Assembly (NCBI GenBank): GCA_050298595.1
Contig: JBNKUM010000009.1
Coordinates: 53,882 to 117,881 of the forward strand
Reading direction: 5' to 3'
DNA from: Gammaproteobacteria bacterium
Lineage (GTDB): Bacteria > Pseudomonadota > Gammaproteobacteria > GCA-001735895
Length of the DNA: 64,000 nucleotides
Both the position numbers and the translations under genes were made by a program. The notes under the pieces are model-generated. The model ran no database searches. It was not told where the DNA came from and saw only the letters and a list, made by a program, of their open reading frames with translations. Shown here in pieces: positions 10,708 to 18,847 of this stretch; position 1 is the stretch's first letter, and each line of letters begins with the position of its first letter.

Positions 10708-11370
10708 TTATTCATTAATTATGCGATAACCTTGACCACGGAAAGTTTTAATCCAGTCTTTTCCTAAAATTGCTCTTAAGCGATTAACGTAGACCTCTAT
10801 TACATTACTATCTTTGAGTTGCTCCTCCTGGTAGACGTGTTCACTCAGCTCCGTTTTTGAAATAATTTTATCAGGATGTAACATGAAGTATCGTAACAGG
10901 CGGAATTCTATCGCAGTGAGCTGTACGGTATCTTTGTCAGGAATCGATACCGTTTGCTGGTCAAGATTAAGTACTACGTTTAAGTGTTGTAGAGTATTAT
11001 CCGACAGGCCAAACTGGCGACGTAAAACCGCTTCAAGGCGAGCAGATAACTCTTCAAAATGAAAGGGTTTGCCAACATAATCATCAGCCCCAGCTTTCAA
11101 TCCATCGACCCGTTCCTGCCAGGAGTCTCTTGCTGTTAGAATTAAAACTGGCGTAGTTAATTTCTTTGAGCGCCAGGATTTCAATACCTCAAGCCCCGGT
11201 TTCTGTGGCAGGCCAAGGTCGAGAATAATGCCATCAAAATTTTCTTCCAGAGCCAGAAATTCTGCATCGACCCCATTATCAGCCCATTCGACGACATAGC
11301 CTGCGCGCTGCAATCTGGGTCGTAAATTTTGAACCAGAGCTTCATCATCTTCGGCTAGAAGTATTTTCAA
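10708..11370 (-). CDS. OmpR/PhoB-family response regulator (BqsR/CarR/PhoP-like)
   Basis: LDLGLP, LTARDSWQERVDGLKAGADDY, SNVIEVYVNRLR, RGQGY; downstream of a PepSY gene. Confidence 0.93.
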   Translation of the reverse strand: MKILLAEDDEALVQNLRPRLQRAGYVVEWADNGVDAEFLALEENFDGIILDLGLPQKPGLEVLKSWRSKKLTTPVLILTARDSWQERVDGLKAGADDYVGKPFHFEELSARLEAVLRRQFGLSDNTLQHLNVVLNLDQQTVSIPDKDTVQLTAIEFRLLRYFMLHPDKIISKTELSEHVYQEEQLKDSNVIEVYVNRLRAILGKDWIKTFRGQGYRIINE

Positions 11371-11666
11371 TCTTTAAACTCCTGTTTCAGTATCTGGCCA
11401 TTACTGGCGTCGATTTTCAGCTCAATAACCCTTCCATCCTTATGTAAAAATTCGAGTTCATATTTAATGAGATGATGTTTTCTTTCTACTTCAAGGTCAA
11501 GTAGTTTTCCATATTGATTTTCCGGGTATTGAGTAAGAATAGTTTGCAACGAGAGTATCTTACCCTGCTCGACGAGATACATGATCTCGTCACGATCAAT
11601 CTCATCCGCTTTGAGCGGGGTACTAATCCCAGCGACCAACGCCAGGAATAGATACGTTATCTTCAT
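11367..11666 (-). CDS. Secreted PepSY-domain protein
   Basis: GAGG RBS then MKITYLFLALVAGISTPLKADE signal peptide; GKLLDLEVE...YELEFL..DGRVIELKIDASNG PepSY pattern. Confidence 0.85.
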   Translation of the reverse strand: MKITYLFLALVAGISTPLKADEIDRDEIMYLVEQGKILSLQTILTQYPENQYGKLLDLEVERKHHLIKYELEFLHKDGRVIELKIDASNGQILKQEFKD

Positions 11667-12225
11667 CAAAATTACCTCGTTCTGCCCCTCTATGACAGGC
11701 ATTACATTGACTCAGTGAGCCTACTTTATCATTTCCCCTGATATATCTTGAGGGGATTTCGTCATGTTTGCGTATGAAAAAAGGCAGTTCAGTGATTCGC
11801 GTAGGGATTTTATTACCTGAATTTCTAAGTAATCTACGATAATTCATCGATGAGCTTACTTCGATTAGATATTGTTGTATGGCCACACGGGTGGTCTCAT
11901 CCAGTTCAGCATTTTCACCAAAATGCTCATCTAGTCCTGACATGATGCTGACCCATGAGGGTACTGGCAATAACTGTGGAGGATAAGCCATGTGACAACT
12001 CCCGCATTCCTCAATATATTGAGGGTAACTATTGCTAGTAATCCGGGTAAAATTCCTGTTTTCACGATAATTTCCCCTTTCCCGGTATTCGTGCTCACGC
12101 TCATGTTCATGTTCACCGTATTCAAAATCACTATCTGCCATAGCTTTACCTACTCCATAGACACTGCTAAGCAGTACGCCACCTAATAACAGATAAGCAA
12201 ATATATTAATTTTGCTTTGTTTCAT
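11623..12225 (-). CDS. Dihaem cytochrome c (DHC)
   Basis: ECGSCHMAYPP, HFGENAEL, CNACH; two CxxCH motifs; N-terminal signal/anchor. Confidence 0.9.
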   Translation of the reverse strand: MKQSKINIFAYLLLGGVLLSSVYGVGKAMADSDFEYGEHEHEREHEYRERGNYRENRNFTRITSNSYPQYIEECGSCHMAYPPQLLPVPSWVSIMSGLDEHFGENAELDETTRVAIQQYLIEVSSSMNYRRLLRNSGNKIPTRITELPFFIRKHDEIPSRYIRGNDKVGSLSQCNACHRGAERGNFDEDNVSIPGVGRWD

Positions 12226-12243
12226 AATCTCTCCTCAGGTTGA

Positions 12244-12636
12244 CTATTGAGTGGCTAACCAGGATAAAATATCTGCTTTTTCCTGAACTGTGCAGGTGCG
12301 ATTGAATGTCCACTTACAGTTACGTAAAAACCATTTCTCGATTTTTTTACTCTTCTGAAATCGAGCTGGATTTACGCTCATTGCCATAGGTTTAATCACC
12401 TTGCCAGTTTTTTGATGTTTACCGTTCATCGTCAGGTCTGTTCCATGGCAACTTGTACAGCTCCTGTCGCCTACTTTGGAATTAAATAACTGTCGACCCT
12501 TTTCGATATCGATCTGAGTTACACCTTGCTGCTTATATCCATCGATATGTGCCTGAGGATTTGCTCCAGCCTGAACATTGCTCGTTAGAATCACAAGGCT
12601 GCCTAATACAATAAGTTTACGTAGTTGATGTTTCAT
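12244..12636 (-). CDS. SHP-like monohaem cytochrome c (DUF1924, sphaeroides haem protein)
   Basis: SCTSCH, GKHQKTGKVIKPMA.SVNP.RF, KWFLRNCKW...R.CT; signal peptide. Confidence 0.88.
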   Translation of the reverse strand: MKHQLRKLIVLGSLVILTSNVQAGANPQAHIDGYKQQGVTQIDIEKGRQLFNSKVGDRSCTSCHGTDLTMNGKHQKTGKVIKPMAMSVNPARFQKSKKIEKWFLRNCKWTFNRTCTVQEKADILSWLATQ

Positions 12637-12641
12637 ATGAT

Positions 12642-13253
12642 TTATTCTCCAGATTGTTGATCGTTTACATCCTGCCATTGGGCACGATATTTTTTTCTGC
12701 CGGTTACCATCGCCCTGGCCAGGTTTTCTCCTTCCATGAAGCTACTGAATACAACACCAGCCAGGTGGGTAATCACCAGAAGTAAAGTGAAATTAGCAAA
12801 AAACTCATGAACTTCACCCATCCACTCGCCATTCCAGCCAGCTAAAAATGTATTAGCCAGAGGTCCGCTGCCTTCGCTAGCAATAGTGACCATTCCGGTG
12901 AAGGCGGTCATGCTAATGCTGAGTAATAATGCAATAATCATCACTGCTGCGACAGGGTTGTGTCCCAGATAATGGGGTGCATTAAAGCTCAGCATGCTCT
13001 TTAAATGAGAGATTACGGTGCTGGGTGATTTTACAAAGGTGAGAAACCTGGCGTAGCGTGTCCCCACCAGACCCCAGAACAGACGAAAGCCTACAAGCAT
13101 CGAGACTGCATAGCCTGCCTGGACATGTACGCTTAACCAGTCATCTTCGGTTATAAATGCGAGTAAAAAGAAAAAAACAAGGCTCCAGTGGAACACTCGA
13201 ACCAGTGGATCCCAGACCTTTACGCCGTGGGAAGTTTCGTTTTGAGCGGTCAT
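12642..13253 (-). CDS. Cytochrome b/b6 domain membrane protein
   Basis: VWDPLVRVFHW, HVQAGY, GHNP, HEFFAN, HLAGV haem-His pattern. Confidence 0.9.
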   Translation of the reverse strand: MTAQNETSHGVKVWDPLVRVFHWSLVFFFLLAFITEDDWLSVHVQAGYAVSMLVGFRLFWGLVGTRYARFLTFVKSPSTVISHLKSMLSFNAPHYLGHNPVAAVMIIALLLSISMTAFTGMVTIASEGSGPLANTFLAGWNGEWMGEVHEFFANFTLLLVITHLAGVVFSSFMEGENLARAMVTGRKKYRAQWQDVNDQQSGE

Positions 13254-13281
13254 TAAATGGTACCTGATAAAAATTTTGGGT

Positions 13282-13314
13282 AGTTTAGGGCCATAGTATT
13301 AATTGAAACTTAAA
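13282..13314 (-). promoter_or_regulatory. BqsR/PmrA-type box plus -10 for the cytb-SHP-DHC-PepSY-TCS operon
   Basis: Minus strand reads TTTAAG-tttca-ATTAAT-actatggccc-TAAACT, ending 29 nt upstream of the cytb ATG. Confidence 0.7.
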
Positions 13315-13518
13315 AAAATTAAAGGGTGCAAAATCTGCGCATTATCTTTTGTTTTAATCATGATGCTACTCCTCATGGATTTGAGGAAGTCTACTTTAGG
13401 ATTCGTTAAGTTATTGTTAGAAAAAAATATTATTTGTTGTTGACTGCTTTAAGTAATAAATTCACGAGTTTCTCACTATCAGATAGTTAAAGAGGGATTT
13501 AAGTTAATTCAGTTTAAA

Positions 13519-13551
13519 TTTAAGTTTGTATTAAGGTGAGCAGGATATATT
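13519..13551 (+). promoter_or_regulatory. BqsR/PmrA-type box plus -10 (divergent promoter)
   Basis: TTTAAG-tttgt-ATTAAG-gtgagcagga-TATATT; further half-sites upstream (TTTAAG 13498, ATTCAG 13507). Confidence 0.7.
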
Positions 13552-13554
13552 GTG

Positions 13555-13650
13555 ATGCCTCACTAATTGATTGATTTCTCGGGCATTGAAGTTATTCGCC
13601 CTAACTTCTCTCGATAAATGGCAGATAAATCTGTTTAGCTTCCATTTTTA
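13555..13650 (+). ncRNA. Candidate sRNA, copy 1 (or structured leader)
   Basis: Follows the boxed promoter; hairpins ATGCCT/GGGCAT and GAAGTTA/TAACTTC; imperfect terminator ATGG...CCAT+TTTT; collinear similarity to 24717-24821. Confidence 0.5.
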
Positions 13651-13764
13651 TTATCAAAGATCATGTTACAATACGACGACCCCCTGATGGTTTTCCCTGG
13701 ATAGTTATGATATGTATTCAGGGGATAAGGAATGTTTTTAGACTTAGATTATTAAGGTTAAAAT

Positions 13765-14208
13765 ATGGATCATCATATAGTTTCATTTCTTCAGGAGTGT
13801 GTCGTCGGTGTGCTTTCTACCTATAACCATGGAGAAATCCATTCAGTGCCCGTCTATTATTATCATGATGAAACTGAAAATGCGTTTTATTTCATTACCA
13901 AGTCTAAATCAAGCAAAGTAACCAATATCCAAAAGAGTAAAAAGGCATCATTTTCGATCTATTCTGAAGCCTTACCCAGAGTTTTCAATGCAAAATGTTC
14001 TGCAGAAATCTTCGATGTTAATAATAATTCACAGAGCATAGAAATTATCAGGAAACTGGCTGAGGTTCATTCGACGCGTGAATATTACCCATCACCAATC
14101 TCAACAATTAAGGATGGTGATTTAAAGCTGGTGAAACTTACTGTTCTTGATTATCAGTATAAGTCTTATACCGCTGCTATTGATGAGAAGATGCAAAAAA
14201 GGGCTTAA
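13765..14208 (+). CDS. Pyridoxamine 5'-phosphate oxidase-like (split-barrel flavin/haem-binding) protein
   Basis: GVLST...IHSVPVYY...FYFITKSKSSKVTNI pattern. Confidence 0.7.
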   Translation: MDHHIVSFLQECVVGVLSTYNHGEIHSVPVYYYHDETENAFYFITKSKSSKVTNIQKSKKASFSIYSEALPRVFNAKCSAEIFDVNNNSQSIEIIRKLAEVHSTREYYPSPISTIKDGDLKLVKLTVLDYQYKSYTAAIDEKMQKRA

Positions 14209-14267
14209 ATCTCATGATCACCTTATACCTTAATTAATGTTTTAATTTTGTCTTCTTTAGAAGAACT

Positions 14268-14762
14268 CTAAAGATATTCGATTTTACAAATTAGATAGAG
14301 GGCGCTGCCTCCCGGCACTTCAATACGTACTTCTTCTCCTAATTCACGTTTTAACAACCCTCGAGCCAGTGGTGAATCAACGCTAATATAGTAATCCTTA
14401 TGATCAAATTCGTCTGGGCCAACTATTCGGTAGCGTTTAACCTCACCCTGTTCATCCTCAAGGTGTACTGTTGCTCCGAAGTAAATCTGATCTGGATTAC
14501 TGGGTGTAGTATTGACGACTTTCAGCGCAGGTAATCGTTTTTGTAAGTATCGTATTCGACGGTCAATTTCTCGTAATTCTTTTTTGCGGTAAATATATTC
14601 AGCATTTTCTGAACGGTCTCCTTCTGCGGCGGCAGCTGATAAGGCGCTAACCACCTCTCGCCTGTGTGGCCATATCGCCTTTTCTTCCTGCTGTAGAGAG
14701 CGCATACCCTCGGCCGTGATATAGGGTGATTTGGGTGCTGCGGGGGGGCGATATCTGCTCAT
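14268..14762 (-). CDS. greB: Transcription elongation factor GreB
   Basis: YITAEG, AAAEGDRSENAEYIYRKKELREIDRRIRYL, ISVDSPLAR; start ATG 14762. Confidence 0.95.
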   Translation of the reverse strand: MSRYRPPAAPKSPYITAEGMRSLQQEEKAIWPHRREVVSALSAAAAEGDRSENAEYIYRKKELREIDRRIRYLQKRLPALKVVNTTPSNPDQIYFGATVHLEDEQGEVKRYRIVGPDEFDHKDYYISVDSPLARGLLKRELGEEVRIEVPGGSALYLICKIEYL

Positions 14763-14862
14763 ATAAAAATGGCTATAAAATACCCATTCTATCAGACAGA
14801 CGGGCTGTCTGAATGTAGGAAAATTTTGAATAAGGTTGATATTTAAAACGATATATTCAAAA

Positions 14863-14912
14863 AACTGTGCTGTATTCAATAATTATTAACTGTAACTGTT
14901 ATTAATACAGAT
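14863..14912. promoter_or_regulatory. Putative operator (AACTGT repeats and CTGTATT/AATACAG inverted repeat) upstream of the DUF1127 gene
   Basis: AACTGT at 14863, 14888 and 14894; CTGTATT at 14870 and AATACAG at 14904. Confidence 0.45.
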
Positions 14913-14970
14913 GTGCGTTTATTCTAGCTATTATCCTATGAAGCGTAAATCGTTATAACTGGAGGAAGCT

Positions 14971-15174
14971 ATGTCGATGTCAACAATTACTTTTCAGATC
15001 AAGCAGAAGTCCGTTCTCGCCAGGCTGAACTCTTTTTCTCTGCAATTACAGTTAATGATGAGGAAACACGAACAGCGTAAGCAACTGGCTCAACTTAGTA
15101 TTGATCAATTGATCGACATGGGCATAGATCCTGCCGATGCTCAGACAGAAATAAGTAAACCTTTCTGGAAATAA
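14971..15174 (+). CDS. DUF1127 (YjiS-like) small protein
   Basis: RKQLAQLS.DQL.DMGI...A..E.SKPFWK; strong GGAGG RBS. Confidence 0.88.
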   Translation: MSMSTITFQIKQKSVLARLNSFSLQLQLMMRKHEQRKQLAQLSIDQLIDMGIDPADAQTEISKPFWK

Positions 15175-15211
15175 CGCCAGAACCTCAGTACATTAGCGCT
15201 TTTTTGCGCTA

Positions 15212-16189
15212 ATGAATGCTATGCCTGAAGTAAATCGACGATTCTGTATTGCTCCGATGATGGATTGTACCGATCGTCATGACCGGTATTTTCTACGACT
15301 ATTTTCACCGCATATGCTTTTGTATAGCGAAATGGTAACAGCTCAAGCCATTATTCATGGTGATCGCGATTATCTATTAGGCTTTGATCAGGCTGAGCAT
15401 CCACTAGCGATACAGTTGGGGGGATCTAACCCAACGCAATTAGCAGAGGCTGCCAGGATATGTGAAGGCTATGGCTACGACGAAATTAACCTGAATGTCG
15501 GTTGCCCCAGTGATCGTGTGAAATCCGGATTTTTCGGAGCCTGTCTGATGGCGGAACCGGAGCTTGTAGCAGACTGTGTTTCTGCAATGAAAGCTGTAGT
15601 CAAAGTACCGGTTACGGTTAAACATCGAACAGGTATAGATGACCAGGATTCCTGGCAAGAGTTGATTCGTTTCATGCGCTGCCAGATCGATGCAGGTAGT
15701 GATGCGATGATTGTTCATGCGCGTAAAGCCTGGCTGCAAGGTTTAAGTCCGAAGCAGAATCGGGATATTCCTCCTTTGCAATACGAATGGGTCTACCGAT
15801 TAAAACAGGAATTTCCTGATATGCAGATTATCCTCAATGGCGGCATCAGCACGCTGGAAGCATGCGAACAACATTTGCAAAAAGTTGATGGCGTGATGCT
15901 GGGTCGTGAACCCTATGCTAATCCTTATATGCTGGCTGAACTGGACGCTAGATTGTTTAATGATGATCATCCAGTGCCTGACCGATTTGAGATATTACAG
16001 CGATTCTATCCCTATCTTGAACAGAACATGTCACAGGGAATGCCTATCTCCAAAGTGGTTCGGCATATTATCGGGCTGTTCCATGCTCAGCCCAATGGTA
16101 AACAGTGGAGACGCTATCTCAGCAATCATGCATTTAAAAGAGATGCTGGTATTGAGGTGATCCGTCAGGCTGAGAATTTGTTGAGATAA
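15212..16189 (+). CDS. dusA: tRNA dihydrouridine(20/20a) synthase DusA
   Basis: APMMDCTDRH, NLNVGCPSDRV, HARKAWLQGLSPKQNR. Confidence 0.95.
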   Translation: MNAMPEVNRRFCIAPMMDCTDRHDRYFLRLFSPHMLLYSEMVTAQAIIHGDRDYLLGFDQAEHPLAIQLGGSNPTQLAEAARICEGYGYDEINLNVGCPSDRVKSGFFGACLMAEPELVADCVSAMKAVVKVPVTVKHRTGIDDQDSWQELIRFMRCQIDAGSDAMIVHARKAWLQGLSPKQNRDIPPLQYEWVYRLKQEFPDMQIILNGGISTLEACEQHLQKVDGVMLGREPYANPYMLAELDARLFNDDHPVPDRFEILQRFYPYLEQNMSQGMPISKVVRHIIGLFHAQPNGKQWRRYLSNHAFKRDAGIEVIRQAENLLR

Positions 16190-16192
16190 ATA

Positions 16193-17731
16193 TTATTTCT
16201 TTTTAATAAAGACTCTATCTTTATCCAGAATATCGGTTTCTATAGAAAACAGGCTTAGTACGGTATCGTATACATCTTGTTGACCATATTCCTCACGTTC
16301 CACAACTGAGATTGGTACAGAAGATTTTACAATCAATGGAATCTCGGCTTGTTCTGGAGGCAGCGATATACCTGGAGGCATGCCATGAAAAATACGACCA
16401 TCTTCCAGTAATGATTCGCCATGATCCGATAAATAAATAAATACATAGGGAACAGATGAGTTATCAAGAGTCTCAATCACTTTACCCAATACGTGATCCA
16501 CATACAGAATAGTGTTGTCGTAAGAGTTATAAAGTTCGTCTTTGGTGCAGTAATTTACAACATCTGCTTCCAGGCACTGGGGGTTAAAAAGCTGAAACTC
16601 CGGGGGGTATCTATCCCGATACTTTGGTCCATGACTGCCACCACCTGCATGTAAAACTATAAATCTATATCCAGACTGGTAGGTTTGCAGATTTTTAGCC
16701 AGTAGCGGAATTAAGTCTTCATCGTAGCATTCCCCATCATGCCCACAATTGTTAACCTTTATCTCGCCAACAGATTTGCAATTATCATACAGGGTGTAGT
16801 TAACATAACATGAAGTATCTATCCCCAATTTTGAAGTAATTGCTGGCAGTTTAACTTCTTTTTTTTCTAAAATTTCTGGTAAGGCAAATAAGGTTGAACC
16901 AATACGAGCTATGCCAGTGAGAAGGTGAAGGTCACTGTATCTGGACAGCACTGGATTGGTATTGTGCTTATCATAACCATAAAGACTAAAGCTTTTTTTC
17001 CTGGATGCCTCACCAACTAGAAGCACCACCACTAAATCATCCTGCGAGGTAACCTGTCCAGTAATCACCACAGGATTTTTATTTTTCTTGAAATAGGGTT
17101 TCACCGCGTTCTGAATGACACTGGCTATGCTGATAATATAATTAACGGGTACCAGTGAATGTACTATGTATTTATTAGATAGATTGGCTGCACGATGAAT
17201 GCTGTTATATTTTAGATATACCATCCCTATAGCGATGGATATCGCTAGTACGAATATTGTTAATGTTGTTGCTATATGCCTTAACGGTCTATGGAAAGTA
17301 ATCCTGATTTTAGAGAGTACGATGATGGGCAATATGACAAGGAATATCAGATACGGGATCATCTGTACGGATAATAACCCGCTCGCTTCAACAGGATCTG
17401 TATTAATGGTATTTAATACCATAGTCCCATCAATGGCCACGTTATATTTAGCGATAAAATATGACGCTGTTGCGCTAACAATAATGAAAAATATTGCAAC
17501 AGGTTTAGTTGTCCAGCGATGAGCAAAAAGTACAAAGAACGCTATGAAAAAGCATAGGCCAAAGGTTAAAAATGCTAACAGGCTGCTATAGTCAATCTCA
17601 TTTCCAAGATGAAACCATTTGTCAATTTTGTCTATATTTATCGAATTCCAGATTACATATAGTAATGTGGTAAACAACAGAGAAAACGATGTATAGGAAA
17701 GGTTAAGTTTTTTACTTTGAGTGCGGGCCAT
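16193..17731 (-). CDS. Phosphoethanolamine transferase (EptA/MCR-like, sulfatase fold)
   Basis: Five TM segments, then VGEASR, GSHGP.Y..RYP, YDNTILYVD, SDHGESL, HG motifs. Confidence 0.87.
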   Translation of the reverse strand: MARTQSKKLNLSYTSFSLLFTTLLYVIWNSINIDKIDKWFHLGNEIDYSSLLAFLTFGLCFFIAFFVLFAHRWTTKPVAIFFIIVSATASYFIAKYNVAIDGTMVLNTINTDPVEASGLLSVQMIPYLIFLVILPIIVLSKIRITFHRPLRHIATTLTIFVLAISIAIGMVYLKYNSIHRAANLSNKYIVHSLVPVNYIISIASVIQNAVKPYFKKNKNPVVITGQVTSQDDLVVVLLVGEASRKKSFSLYGYDKHNTNPVLSRYSDLHLLTGIARIGSTLFALPEILEKKEVKLPAITSKLGIDTSCYVNYTLYDNCKSVGEIKVNNCGHDGECYDEDLIPLLAKNLQTYQSGYRFIVLHAGGGSHGPKYRDRYPPEFQLFNPQCLEADVVNYCTKDELYNSYDNTILYVDHVLGKVIETLDNSSVPYVFIYLSDHGESLLEDGRIFHGMPPGISLPPEQAEIPLIVKSSVPISVVEREEYGQQDVYDTVLSLFSIETDILDKDRVFIKKK

Positions 17732-17911
17732 GAATTAACGAGATTGATTTTTGGGAAATAAAACAGTAAGTGCGATTATTTTTACAGAGCCTGAGAGAAT
17801 GTCCAGGGATTAATGCCTATGATTGAGAGATACGGGGCCTTTTAGTTCAGGAGCCTGGGCAATAATAACGAATACCAGCATTTAGAGCTCCAAAATACTC
17901 TAAAACATGAA

Positions 17912-17955
17912 ATTATATACCATAGTTATTAAGAATAATCCCTGGAAAATCTAAG
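17912..17955 (-). promoter_or_regulatory. Putative promoter of the EptA-like gene with a partial TTAAK box
   Basis: Minus strand CTTAAT-aactatggta-TATAAT, with a CTTAGA half-site 22 bp upstream. Confidence 0.5.
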
Positions 17956-18055
17956 GTAAATATACGGGTCTTGATAGTTTAATAATATTCGACATAAGAT
18001 TTTCCTTGTTAACAGCAACTTCTGACCACGTATCGACAACCAGGCTGCTCGTCTT

Positions 18056-18775
18056 CTAGCTCAACAGGTCAGCCACACGCATCTGCTGGCGCGTTAAGGG
18101 CCCATAGGGCTCATCACGGGTTTTATCATGCACATGCAAGCGATAATTCACAAACGAATCCTCATCCTCAAAATGCATAAATGGATTACCTTCAAGCTGT
18201 TCAGCCATGGTTGCAGTCTCTTTTTCTGAATAGTTATGCCCAGGGTGTATGACCATGTCGCCTGCCAGGCGCTGCTTCATGTCTTTAAGTGTGTTAAACA
18301 TCTGTTGTGGATTTCCCCCATGTAGATCGCAGCGTCCACAACCGAACACAAACAGGGTATCGCCAGTGATTATTTCATTCTCTATCTGGTAACAAGCTGA
18401 TCCTGGTGTGTGTCCGGGGGTATGCAGCATACTGATTTCGCTTTCACCCAGCATGATTCGGTCACCGCCATGGTGCAGGCAGGGTTTATCGAGTTGCTGA
18501 CTCCAGAATTCGTATTCGGGTTTGAGCAGGTGGATTTTCGCATGACTATGTTCGAGCATGCCGCTAATACCATTGATGTGGTCGTGATGGCTGTGAGTCA
18601 GCAGAATGTCGGTGATTTTTAGTCCTAATTCCTCAGCTTTGCTGGTGATAGCGGGAACATCCCAGGCTGGATCAACTACAGCGGCCTGATGGGTTGCAGT
18701 ATCCTCTATCAGGTAAATAAAGTTTTCCATTGGGCCTAGTTCAAGAGTGTGTATACGGGTTTTAGGTTGTGTCAT
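18056..18775 (-). CDS. Metallo-beta-lactamase-fold hydrolase (glyoxalase II / persulfide dioxygenase-like)
   Basis: THSHHDH, HTPGHTPGS, TGDTLFVFGCGRCD, PGHNY. Confidence 0.88.
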   Translation of the reverse strand: MTQPKTRIHTLELGPMENFIYLIEDTATHQAAVVDPAWDVPAITSKAEELGLKITDILLTHSHHDHINGISGMLEHSHAKIHLLKPEYEFWSQQLDKPCLHHGGDRIMLGESEISMLHTPGHTPGSACYQIENEIITGDTLFVFGCGRCDLHGGNPQQMFNTLKDMKQRLAGDMVIHPGHNYSEKETATMAEQLEGNPFMHFEDEDSFVNYRLHVHDKTRDEPYGPLTRQQMRVADLLS

Positions 18776-18847
18776 GATCCCCTCGGTACTTTTGCTAAAG
18801 ATCTTGGTATTATACGCATCTTTTTTCGGCACATGGGTGCGGTAACT

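Noticed and set aside
13751-13763. ATTAAGGTTAAAA identical to 24691-24703
   Set aside because: No partner half-site 11 bp upstream and it directly precedes an ATG; better explained as an RBS region
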